Positions 10,591 through 23,200 of a stretch of DNA of 64,000 nt are shown here, piece after piece (the first letter of the stretch is position 1; every line of letters starts with the position of its first letter). The position numbers and the translations under genes were made by a program. The DNA is from Laetmonice hystrix (taxonomy: Eukaryota): NCBI GenBank assembly GCA_965235115.1, contig OZ249436.1, forward strand, positions 9,920,001-9,984,000, in the 5' to 3' direction. Below the pieces are notes generated by a model, which saw nothing but the letters and a program-made list of their open reading frames with translations, was not told the DNA's origin and searched no databases.

Positions 10591-13500
10591 ATAAAAGTGC
10601 AGACGTTCATCTTGTGTAAGTTGTAGTTTCTTGTGACTTTGAATGGAGCAAATGACAGTCTTTCTTTTGGTTATGCCTATAGTGTTTACAGATGACAGAT
10701 AATTGTTATTATTTATCTCTGGGAAATGTACAACACAAAAGACGTTACAAAATATTGCAGACCAAAGCCTGTAATCTTCGTCACCAGATAAGGGGTGTAC
10801 AGAACATTATCTACCCGTATACTAACACCAAAAACAACATAACGCCTTTATCGTCCCATCATATTTCTGAGTTTGCTGCCCCAAGTATTTGATCTGATAG
10901 TATGATCTGATCTGAGAAGGACAGGATCTCGGCCTCACCTCTCCACAAACTATACAAATGGAGCCAGTGCTATAGTTCTCGTTCTATGCACAGTTTACAT
11001 TATTGACATTCGTGTTCTTACATTTTTGACAGTTGCAAAATTTGATAATATGTCAACATTACTGATAAAGACTGCGATTGCCAAACGAAAGTGGCTTTTC
11101 AGTGGTCAGGGCCATTGCGCCGGGATTGGATCCGGGCAAGTGGTATCAGGGCCGACCAGGGCACAGAGGGCAGCACCACCGTCTCTAGATCAAAAGTCTA
11201 ACATTAAACAATATCGAGAGTGGTCGGATGGGAACAGCACATCCAGTTGGGTGCACTGGAGCAAACTCGCGGTAACCAGGGCTGAAATGAAAAAAAAAAT
11301 TGTTAAAAATAAAGATAAATAAAAAAAAGAGAGTAAATAATGGGGGGAGGGGGGTGTAGTAAGTGACATAAAGTGAGGGGGCCCCAACGGATTCCCCATG
11401 CACGCCCGCATACACACCCGAGAAGGGAAAAGTGAAAGGCGAAGATGGAGAAGATCAGCTCCAGGTGTTCATGCCTCCTGGGCGAGGCGTTACATTCTAG
11501 TTACGCTCCTCCTGTGGCCACGGGCGGTACAAATTTCAGAAACACCCTTGGTTACATAACTGTGGCCACAGACCTCATAATCGCCTGTACTTCGGCAGTA
11601 AAAGTCGATTTCACAACGACAATGTGTTGAGATGGGTTCCCAGTGGCACGGGCGTGTCGTTCAGTTAGCCAATTGTTGTGGTTTATATCCTCGCCAGGGG
11701 GATGTAGCTCTAGGGCACTGTGTTCCATTCATAATGTTTCACCGGCACCTGCGTTGCATTACGCTGCGTAGCTCCTGACAGCCTCCGTAAGTAGGCCCAG
11801 TACTGTGGGGAGCGTGGGGAACCACATTGATCAGCTGTAGAGCTGATGGATGGTGAGCCTGCTACACAGTGGTGTAAAAAGTCACCTCAAAGCAGGTCAT
11901 TTACCCGTTAACTGTTTTCACAATGCTATAAAATAGTCATGCGTAGGACCTGATAAAATTTCCCATTTAACTGACCAGAAATTAATCAGTCCGGACAGTC
12001 TGGTTAAATCAGAATTCACCCGGAGTGTAGGTAGCTAAGTTAATAGAGGTAGCATGTAATATTTATTGAGAACGAATACCGAACATGGTAATATTGAACC
12101 CAACAAGGATACGCAGAAGTCAAGTCGTATTATCACATATATCTGAACATTAATTAAAGGCGTTTTAATAGATATAGCTTGAGGCTGACATGTAAAAAGG
12201 CCCGGAATATTTCATTTTACGCACCGATACGTCAGACAATGTTTTTCATTAAAAGATTAATAAGCTAGTAATTTATTCCATTCAGCTACTTGGAAACAAC
12301 AATCGATTTTAAGGTGACCACTGAGAAGTATCTAGGAGCGAATTTAAAAGTGCTAGATACGATATGCGCACCTCGTCATGAAAAGCGCTGTCAGTCTAAC
12401 ACAGAGTCAGGATGCTGCTCGTTCCCATTAAATGTCGTTCACTGTGGTCCGATAACGGTTCGGGAAGACTGCCGTGATGGACTGTTCCCAACAGGATTCA
12501 GGCAGTGCATGCTGGAGCCAGCCGACCTCAGTTCAATGAGGTACTCCCCGACTACTGAATTGTTAAAATAAAAATGTTATCATATGTATTATGTTGACAT
12601 AACAGAAACGGTAACTTTATTCAATAGGCCCTTTCATTTCATATATTAGTATCATTTTTATGATAATTTCTTCAAATGATAGATTGGGCTGGGGAGGGAG
12701 ATGAGGAAATATTTCTTTGATACGCCTGCTGGCTTTAAGATGTCAAACAAATCAATTAAGTTAAATTGTGATTTAATTTGAGTTTTATCTGAGTTACCTT
12801 CTAAAATCGGTGAACAAAATACCGGTAGGGGTTATAAAGTTTTATATGGAATTGGCTTTTAATTTAAAAAAATAATCCACATTTTGTGGACTCCCTAATA
12901 GCTTGTTCATCAAAAAACTACATCGATAAACAAGGAGACAATCCTGCCATAAGGTAGAAAACCTACATCGCTCTAAAGTAAATTGTTTGTTCGCTTTAAC
13001 CTTTGCTAAATGGCAGGAACGTTTTGTTTGCAACAAGCTCTTAAAGAGAGGAAAGGTTTGAAACGACTCGTTTTTACTGCTCTGCCTGTCTATGGGAGAG
13101 TGAAATGTTGTTTACATGCACAGTATTAACAAAACGGAGCATTTTATCCTCAACTACCAGGGCGGGCTAGTGTGCACCTGCTACAAGCAACACTTTGTGC
13201 CATTACCGGCATAGTAAATGTGGAAAGGGGCCTGGGATTGTATGTCGCTCGCATAGTAGCAGATGGGAGGTAGGAGAGCTGGTGCATCACACGGGGCACA
13301 TATGGAGACAATTACCTGCCGTATGGACCGTATTCCTAAGCCTGTTACATCAGCGCACCCTGGCGGGTTTCAGGAGAACTACTCTTACCCCGCACCAACC
13401 GCCGGTACTGCACTTAGCTCGACCATCAATAAATTATGACAAACAAAACAAGGAGTAATAACATACCTGAGAACTTTTCTGGAAACTTCACTATCCTCTT

Positions 13501-13843
13501 CATCTTTAAACTATTTATGTATAGCATGCTCTTAAATGTGAATTTTTGTTTCGTCGTTCATCAGGTGTAGATGAAAGTCGGGAAAGAATTGAAATGAGAG
13601 GTTGCAGTTTTCGGAATTTTGGCAGCCCATAATCACTTATGTCAAATAGAAGCATATAGATACTTCTAAATAGACTATAGGTCTATGATAGAAGTAACTG
13701 ACGTAAAGGGCTTATTTCTACGCAGGTGGAGCCTGCCTGCGTAACATCCTAAAAATAAGAATTAATACACGAAACTTTTAATACGTGTAGTTTATGATGT
13801 TACATCAACATATATTTTCATAGTGGTACGAGGAACATACTTT

Positions 13844-14039
13844 ATGTGGTCCCATTAAGTTTTTAATAAAAATTGACGTTGCGTTGACATAAAGGCCCAC
13901 ATCACGTCAACGAAACGTCCCCACCGTCCGTCCTTCACTTGGGTGGAGTCGGACCTACGTCAAATCGACATAAGAAGTAGCATTCTACTTCTTACGTCAA
14001 CGCTACGTCAATTTTTAGGCAAAATTTATGGGCCCTCAT
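13844..14039. mobile_element. Small foldback/MITE-like element (about 196 bp)
   Basis: AAAAATTGACGTTGCGTTGACATAA (13868-13892) versus the reverse complement of 13992-14016 matches at 23/25; weaker inverted similarity extends outward to ATGTGGTCCCAT / ATGGGCCCTCAT. Confidence 0.6.
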
Positions 14040-15207
14040 ACTGGAGGTAAGAACTGTCAATGTTTTCTACACCATGATGTAACACCAGCTAAAACAGGTA
14101 TACGTTATAGTAAATCTTATTTATTTTAGAAATGACATACTGAGATTTAAATTTTGTATATTGACTATGAAAAACCTTAACGTTTAAAAGTTTAAAAATA
14201 ACACAACAGGAGTTACATTGCCAGTGACGTGAGAAACTTGAACATGATTCATATGTATCCTTTATTTACTATGGTCACTGTACTTCCACATTTAATATGA
14301 CGCCTAGCTGTCTGCCGATTCATTGGTCTTTTAAAAGACACTGAAGAACTTAATACTTTTTTTCAAATTGGCTGAGCCGGAATAATTCTTTGCACTCAAA
14401 ATGTAACAGTTTATGGTAAACAAAGGACGATGAAGTCATTTGAAGTTAGTTCCTTACTGATGCAAACTTGAAATTGGAGAGGCCCAGGGGTACTGATGAC
14501 TGAAATCACCGACTGCTCAACCACCAAGAAAAAGTCCTATAACTCAGTGTTTTCAAACTGGTTTTACCCCACATGTCTATGGGGGTTTGTGGGAAGTGAA
14601 AGAAAAATTACTGATCACTTTTGTGACAGTGTTTTACTGGTACTCGCCCCTCCCCAGCACCGATATAATTCCACCCAGATCTTCTAGATGGCGACAACCT
14701 CTGGGAGTTTCTAATCCAGAGGGTATATTAATCACGGGCAACTCTTCCATTGCGCAGTTGAAGCTAACTCAAGAGTGTTATCGGGTTTCAGAAAGGCTCC
14801 GAGATGCTGACGTGAGAAAAGGCTGACATATTCCAGCAAAACAAAACGTGTGTTAGGAAGTTTTGCACATAATCTTTGGTGGCCCGTGGGGATCTATATT
14901 CTAGCTTGCTGTAAATTATATCTTTCTTGAAGTGATTCATATTTTAAAGATCCTCAGATATAAGTACTACCTCGAGCTCCTGGTTGACTAAGCCGTTCTT
15001 GTTGAGCCAGTCAGCAGCAAAAAGGACTGCGTGGACGTAAATTCGCGAAATATTCAGCAGGAGATATAGAGATGGCGGTATTCCGTGAGAGAGAATTTGG
15101 AGGAATATATAATCAGTCTGTATTAGGTTAAACTCGTATGACCTGCTCACAATAACAACTCACTGGGTATCTCTATACGAGTTGGAATTACGTATCACTC
15201 CACACAC

Positions 15208-15652
15208 AGTATACCTGGTCACATACTGTCATAACACCGGGAGAGGGAGGAATTGAATATACCTGGTCACATACTGTCATAACACCGGGAGGGGGAGGAA
15301 TGGAGTATACCTGGTCACATACTGTCATAACACCGGGAGGGGGAGGGGGAGGAATGGAGAATACCAGGTCACATACTGTCAGAACACCGGGAGGGGGAGG
15401 GGGAGGAATGAAGTATACCTGGTCACATACTGTCATAACACCGGGGGGGGATGGAGTATACCTGGTCACATACTGTCATAACACCGGGAGGGGGAGGGGG
15501 AGGGGAGGGGAGGAATGAAGTATACCAGGTCACATACTGTTATAACACCGGGAGGGGGAGGGGGAGGAATGGAGTATACCTGGTCACATACTGTCATAAC
15601 ACCGGGAGGGGGAGGGGGAGGGGGAGGGGGAGGGGGAGGGGAAGGCGGAGGA
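15208..15652. repeat. G-rich minisatellite, 8 copies of a constant core with variable (GGGGA)n tails
   Basis: Core TATACCTGGTCACATACTGTCATAACACCGG followed by GGAGGGGG... tracts of variable length; ends in a pure (GGGGA)n run. Confidence 0.95.
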
Positions 15653-15989
15653 ATGACTTAAAAGGAAAGCAGAAGTCGCGTTTAAGAGTTTAATATTTAA
15701 CAATAATGTGAAGATATATCCCTCTTTATACTCTGTCGGCCGTATGTATCCAGTCTTTTGTTCACTCTGGCTGATGTACTTAGCTCAAGGTAATGTTAAC
15801 CACAAAACAGTCCTGACATTCTCATGAGAAAATGTTGGCAGCTTGTCGATTTGATTTACGTTTTAGAGCACTTATTCCATCATCAACTGTCACTAACCGA
15901 CAGAGGTAACCAAGGTATTTGGAGTGAAGCCCTGCCTAGAACATTTACATACTACCATGATATAATTTGATTCATTACGTCTGTTTCAG

Positions 15990-16082
15990 AACAAGACGAG
16001 GGGCTTGACGTTCTCTCACAGGTGCTGAGTCGGCAGAAACAAATGGCCACCGACATCGGAGCTGAAGTGGATGGTCAGAATG
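15990..16082 (+). CDS. STX8: Syntaxin-8 exon 6 (93 nt, first half of the Qc-SNARE motif)
   Basis: gtttcag|AA CAA GAC GAG...AAT G|GTGAGT. Encodes (E)QDEGLDVLSQVLSRQKQMATDIGAEVDGQN(E). Confidence 0.96.
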
Positions 16083-17804
16083 GTGAGTGGACGGGATAGA
16101 GTGATGGAAGAGGATACATAAGTTCACGAAGAAATGACTTCATCAGTTTGACCTTTTCTCAGATAGTTAGTTACCCACGAGGCTGATGGGAAGATGAGTA
16201 AAAGAGTGAGTAATCGTCACAAAGTGGCCAACTACTCGCACAGATGATTAAGTTGTTTGATTCCGAGGCCATTGGAGGCTTTGCAGTTGATGGGAAAACG
16301 TTTTTTCCTTTTACGTTGAAATCCCGAAATTGATCTTTTGAAAATAAGCATAGGATTTGTGGATTGGACAGTCGGATCTAAAGTGCTGAGTCACGGCATG
16401 GTCGGTAGAAGGAGGAGGCCGGCCATTGATCGTGTCTATAATTGCATATTATCCGGTGATATCCTTTGTATTGTCTCCAGCTGATTTGACACCCTGGCAG
16501 TCTGTTTGCCCGTGTTAACAACCCCTAGAGAGTCATCGACATGTTGACCGTGTGTTTCCCGTTGTTGGCACCCTGACGTCCGGTATGTCGGCCGTGTGGG
16601 GCCAGGACCCCGGCTGAGTCAGGCTGGATGACCGGCCCACCCGCCCGCCTGCCGAGTGAGGCCAGGCGGCGGGGGGTGGAGAGGACGGCCGGCCGGGAGC
16701 CTGTCGGTAACACCCGTTGTCAGTCGGAGATAACACTGAGGTTGGGGTGTTACCCCAGAATCTGATCCGAGTGCTCTAGGCAGGTGATGGGGAACCCTCA
16801 CACCAAGGACGGCTCCATTAGTGGAACGGATCAAGGTTGGGATCAGGCTGCCAGAAGTGCATGGCCAGGCCATTGATCCAAGCAATCATATTAACGTTTT
16901 TGTTCAATTTTCTGGCCGGGAGACCGCAGGGTGGCGTTTTATCGGTTGGCCTGAGAGCTGTCAACACGATGGCGACTTGTTGAGTCTGCGGTCATCGCTG
17001 ACTCACCCGGACCGGCCCATTGATTGCCCACAAGGCCGCGGTAATGGCAGAAGCTAGACTGGAAATCATTGAATTGCCAGGCGAGTCGGTTGTTGTTGGA
17101 ATGCCCATCTTGATTGATCCCCTCGTGGCTGCTGCATCCTGTTTCTTGCAGAGGTCCAATTCTTGTAATGCGTTCAAGTGCTGCAGGGGTCGCTTTGGTT
17201 TCGTTATACCGTTAAAAATGTCAACAGCTCTTCAAGCCGCGAGTGGCAGCATACTTGCTGATAATGATATGTATGTATGACCATTCAGATCGCTTCCTTT
17301 CCTGTTCACCTTCTCTCGTATTGAATTTTGAAGAACCTTCGAGTAAGAACATGATCCTTAACATTCTCAACAATTCACGTGTAAGGCGCGTTGTTAAGAA
17401 CGGCCCAAGACTTAGCTTTGGCCCTTCAGATATTTTTAGTGTGTCAAGTGGCAGGTATAATTGTCAGCTTGGTCTTTTTTAACGTGAAGCTGATGAACAA
17501 ACTTGTAAAGCATGATTTCACTTGAAGTTGAAAATACCTTGGGTCTATTTCTGAATTATGGGATTTGACGTGGATTAGTGGCTGGTATTAAGTGGTTTAA
17601 GTGGCACGTAATTGGCACCTGTCATCCACGATCTGTCTGTCAGTATTTATTTGTTAATCACGCTGCACAAGGAAGTAGCGAAAGGAACTTGTTGGAAAGT
17701 CTGTACATGAATTCTGCTGGTTTTTATACAATGGTACAGAGTCTCAAAAAGCAACGAAATCTCGGTAGGATCTGCTCATTTTTAGGATATTCCTCGGCGT
17801 TGGG

Positions 17805-18021
17805 ATAACAGGTCAATGGGTTGGTATTTTTATAACGGGTCAATGGGTTGGTATTTTTATAACAGGTCAATGGGTTGGTATTTTTATTAAAGGTCAATGG
17901 GTTGGTATTTTTATTAAAGGTCAATGGGTTGGTATTTTTATAACAGGTCAATGGGTTGGTAGTTTTATAACAGGTCAATGGGTTGGTATTTTTATAACAG
18001 GTCAATGGGTTGGTATTTTTT
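17805..18021. repeat. 27-bp minisatellite, 8 copies
   Basis: (ATAACAGGTCAATGGGTTGGTATTTTT)n with few substitutions; explains ORF 17724-18005. Confidence 0.95.
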
Positions 18022-20182
18022 TAAAGTTGGAAACTTTCTATACGCCTGCTGTGGTTCGTCTACATATTATCAGTAAAGTAATAACTTCCAGTGGCCAGGC
18101 AGATGGCTCCTAAATAATGGTGGCTCCATCATCTTAAGTTACATCATCAAAGAGTCCCCACCTTTTTTTAGGATTCGGAGGAAATGAAGGGCGCACTGTG
18201 TTTTTCTTCCATTTGCACCTTATTACGTGACGTGGTCCGGTGTCCCCCTCTCAGCCCATTCATACATTTCAACCAGCCCCCATTGGACATAGAGATTGAC
18301 ATAGGTAAACACCGTCAGCGAATCTATCCAAGCGGTGACCGGAGGGCGTTGTATTCGTAAAGAACAATGGTGAATGAGATTGACTTGGTCACAGTAAAAG
18401 GTTATTATGGTACAGGATATAGAAGGCGTAGGGAGTGGAATTACGGGTTGATATAATAAGAACACTGACTCTAACTCTAGACGCCGTAACCTATCGCTAT
18501 GCTCACACAAACAATATTTCAATATCGTTTTATAAATGTTTGTCGCCTGAAGAACTGCTCCGTCAAGAGAGGAACGTAATTAGACAGCTGAATTCAAGGC
18601 AGTCCGCTGGTGAGTTTACTCACTATGGAACAAAAAGCCCTAGCACATCTGTAGTTTCTTCATCTATACACCAAATATTCCATAATAGCTGGCAAGTACC
18701 AGGTTATGGATTCCACTGTTATACTTCTGGCTTTATTGGTTTAAGTTGAAGACCAAAGAAACACTATGAAAGCAATGCTGGCTGTACTCACCGGCTATCA
18801 CGGAAACGTTTGATTTAGTTCCACCAGTGCATTTCTTTATGTTAATTGGTTTCTATGATTCAACATGTAGGCGTACAGAGAGGAGTAGTGACATCGTATC
18901 CCGAGCAAATGACAGCTGATCTTTAGTAAGACAAGTCGGTATACGTCTACATCTAATAACAAACGCCAGACTGGGGCAAGTTGGGGTCAGTTTGAAATGC
19001 ATTTACACTTCCAAGGTTTTAAGAGACATTTACCTGTGTTGAGGCATTTCATTTGAAGAAAAACTTGGGACTATAATAGCCATGCTCATATTGCTAGTTT
19101 GTGAATTTGCACTATGTTGGAAGCAGATGTTTATAGTATAAATATTTTCTACTTTACAGTATTTTGAAACATTAAATTAGAAGTGAAGTTACTGTAGTGA
19201 GATAATTTACTGATAATTGTTCCGCAATGAAAATATTTTTTTGAGTATGTGAATATTTTGAGTAGGTGGGGCAAGTTTAGATCCTTGAGTCGATTTGCTA
19301 CAATTGTTCCAGGTTTCTGGGGACCTTTTGGAGTAAAGCGACTATAGGCAGTCCCCTGTGTAGGCAACTGTTTCGGAAACAGCTGGACCGTATTGGCAGA
19401 GATGTCAGTGTGGCCGATATAAACACGCTGCCTGCACTTTAATGCCTGGGCCTGCGCCCACCGACAGCTTTCTCATCACTCAAATTGTTTACATACACAC
19501 GTAAAGCTTACACGTCTTAAACACTGCTCGGCGGCGGTAGACAGCCCGAGTTATGATCTTCATGTATCATGGGATGCTATCGAACTATCTGTGTGACATC
19601 GGGCTGGCTGATGCTTTCTAAAGGGTTCTATGCCAGCAGCAACACCGCTTTTTTAAAGATCTATTGCTGATGCGCTTCGTTTTGTCACTGATCCTGTAGA
19701 ATTGATGTTGTTTATGCACACGGATCAGTAATGGTAGGGTGTGACGATTTGGCGAATTCATGAGATTTAAAGTGCTGACATCACATAGGCACCTTTACTG
19801 ATCTAGATAGATCACTGTGAGTTGTAGACGTGTCCGGGATAGGTTTTTCTGATCAATTGTCTCAGAAAGTAACATTTGTAAAAATATTGACAATTTGAAT
19901 CACGCGCCACATGCAGTTTCGCTCCCGACTGCTCTTGACCGAAAACCGGAAGTGACGTGTACACGGGAATTGGTCGTTTTGATCACGGATTGCAGTCAGT
20001 TCACGTTGTACAACAACCGTTCCTTTACAGAACAACGACAAATTACAAGTATTATCGGGATCTGGTACAACAGTTCATGTTAATTGTGATGTCTGTAGCA
20101 CTTTAAGAGGGGAGTAAGAGAAGTAAAGATGTGTTTGATATTCGTACTACCGGTAAATGAATGTTCACTTTTTGTTTGACAG

Positions 20183-20284
20183 AGCTGATAGATGACATCG
20201 GTGACCATGTGAGCAGCACAGACCAACGCCTTCTGCGGGAGACACGACATGTCAAAATTGTTGATAGGAAGTCCAATACATGTG
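20183..20284 (+). CDS. STX8: Syntaxin-8 exon 7 (102 nt, second half of the SNARE motif)
   Basis: tttgacag|AG CTG ATA GAT...TGT G|GTAAGT. Encodes LIDDIGDHVSSTDQRLLRETRHVKIVDRKSNTC(G). Confidence 0.96.
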
Positions 20285-23200
20285 GTAAGTTAAACATCGT
20301 TAAAGGGCAACAATGTGTCTGCAACCCATCATTTATAGTTATTGGGGCTGAAACGATGAGGAAAAAACACTTTACTGAAGATTTCGGTGGGCATATTTGA
20401 TGATTGTCGGATTATGAATACAAATAGTTTTTTGGTATTTTTAACCGAACAGTATTAACAAGTCTACATCCGAAAATGGCTGAAGAGAATGGGTGATTCA
20501 TGTTCAGCAGGTCTATCTGCACTCCGTTACTTGTTGTCTTGTTTGCAGTCTTAATGTAAGATGTATGGATTATATATGACGTAGGGCTGAGCCTCAGTTG
20601 CCAAGTGATGGTGACGTAGCCATTTTTGCCTGCAAAGCGTACTTGTCTAGAAGCGATGTGACGTTGTACCATCCGAGGAGTGGGGGAAGGACCTAGATTA
20701 ACAGCTATTAAGGAGATGACAGGAAAACCACCCAGGGGACTGCACCAGACCATTGACCACGCTTAATGCTCCCACTGCAACCGACTGTCAGACAGCAATA
20801 ACGGATGCTCCCCAGGCCCCGGCCAGGAAAAGCATGCTGTATACACTGGCAGCAGATAAGGGATGCTCCCACCAGGCCCCTTGACATCATCAGTGCCTTC
20901 AACAAGGCATCGTGTCGGGAGGATGGTCCATGCCTCAACACAGCAACCTGAGGCATTGGGCAACTCCTCCGCCCCTACCCCACACCCCCTACCAACCTCA
21001 ACCCCCCCGTCCTCTCTTTGCTTCGTTGTAATCAAGTTAGTCTGTCACTTAATTCACATGATCGAAGGCGGCAGACTCTATTGAGGTCCAGCCTGTCACA
21101 TCTAGCTTGTCTACCTCTGGAGACATCACCAATGACAGGTTGGCAGAGATGACTGCTCTACTAGACGTAATGATTTACTGGCAATCCCCTGAAGACATGA
21201 AAACTGTCGTTCAATAATCCAAACATTGATTAGATTTCATGACACGAACAGCCTATGAGGGATCAGGAGACAGCCTTAATACCCGTCACAAAGTAGTGCT
21301 GTTCTGATCCCCAACGCCCGCCACATGGCAGGCGGGCACTCCATTTCACAAGTTCTTACCGTTGACAGTTCATGTCGAACTTTGGGTATGTAGCGCTGCT
21401 TGTTGCACTTTACTTCAAGCTGTGCGCATCAGAGATGAGTAATTTTCACGCAATGAAGTGTTATATCCTTTCCAGGCCAACTGCATGGACAGGAGATATT
21501 GCAGATGGGCCTGACCTTTGACACAGTTCAACTTATGACACAACGGACAAAACCCGCCCGACGTTACGTCGCTAGAACGCCGGCTAGCTAGCACATCAGC
21601 CAGAAACAGGGCCAGTCGGGATGAAATTATAAAATGGTCGTTAAGAATGTCATCTTTAAGCTTCCTTTTGGCACTCTGAGTTATTTGACTTCAGGAGAAC
21701 CTCAAGTATGACAAAGTTACTAAACGTGCAAGATGAAATATTAGATGATGATCTCCCTTGTCAAGTCCTGACAATTGTTTTAAGTAATTTTTGGCCAGGC
21801 AAAGGCTTTCTTAGTTCTTTGTTCCCCTTTTCATTATACACACTCTGATCGATCCAGATCGGCCGGGAGGCCAGCGACTACATGGGTTTGTTACTGGTCA
21901 CGCGATAGTAAACGTGAGACAGTGAGGACGTGTATAAACTGATCCAGACAAGCAATAGGCTGGACTTTGTCGATGACATTTGCCAGACAGGATGCCTGGA
22001 TTACAGGTCCTGTTTGCAGGTTGTCTTGGTCCGCACACAGGCACTATCCGGGCACTTCCTCAAAACCTGGCCCAGACTCTGAGCATAAGGCAGGCCCACA
22101 AAACCCTGCACCATGATGCAATAGACCCGCAAGTGACTTGCAGATAATGGTTGCGGCGTATTCTCTCTAGCTTTAACGGTGGGCCACCTGTTCAAACTCA
22201 CCACTACAGGCCTGCATAGACTCAGTGAGTAGTCTCACAGAACCCAGCTACAGCCCAACATCAAGAGCTACTCTTCATGTGAGAGACCTATCCAGATAAG
22301 TGTCTCTAAGAATACTGGTGTAAAGTACAGTGTTGTGATTTAGACGAGGGCAGTCGTGTGTGGGTGTAGAAGACACTTCCTGAGAGGTTTCCATCCAAGT
22401 GCGGCGGTTCTGATAGGAAAGTGGTGGAATGGGCAAAGTGGTCCAGGAAGGGGACCGAGGTATGCACTGCGAAAATTAGTAGGGCTGGACTGAGCTTGCA
22501 AGCTGTGGATGTACACTTGTAACTGTTTTTACTATAGAAAGTGCTCGGAGTGGTCTGTGTATCAAAGTGTGAACGATACACATACAAGCAGTGAGTTCCC
22601 TTCCTGAGAACGTTCCTTGACCACGACGAGTTGAAGCTCTCAGCTTAATCTTTGAATTATGTAGTGTGCGAAGAGTAGCCGGGTAATTTGGGGCCAGATC
22701 AAACACTTCATACTACATTCCAGTAGTTCTTGTGAAATCTCAAAGAGAGAAGTTTCCCTTTCACATAGTTTTACTGAAGAAGGAGCGTAATGTTTCTGCA
22801 GCAGTTTGTCTTCATTCCTCGCCCGCATCTTTTGTAGGAAATATATTTCTGTGGGTAACATTGACTGGTGAGTGCAGTATAATAGTAAAAGTGAAGTTGG
22901 CCTAGGTCGTACCGACATTTGGTTCTCTCACCTTCTCATGTTTACAGAACAGAAAGCCTTTGTGAATTGTAAAGAAACGTTTCACCTATCTCGCTGATAT
23001 TGGAGAATATGCGAGCACGAACTCTCGAGATTTCATGAAAGAATTCGAAGAGTTACATCATGTAAAAAGATTCACGACCTGACGCTTTCCTCGACTCTGC
23101 ATTGTTTTATACAGATCTGTTCAGAAGTAAGCTAAACTTGAGTGCGATTGTTACCAGGAACCAGGAGCCAGTCTTCTGTGGCCTGAATGATGTTACAAAC

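Noticed and set aside
10260-10626. Repetitive ORFs (LDKSSMYTSDILHLT)n and (YIEDLSKVRCKISLV)n
   Set aside because: Artefacts of a 45-bp tandem repeat whose length is a multiple of 3.
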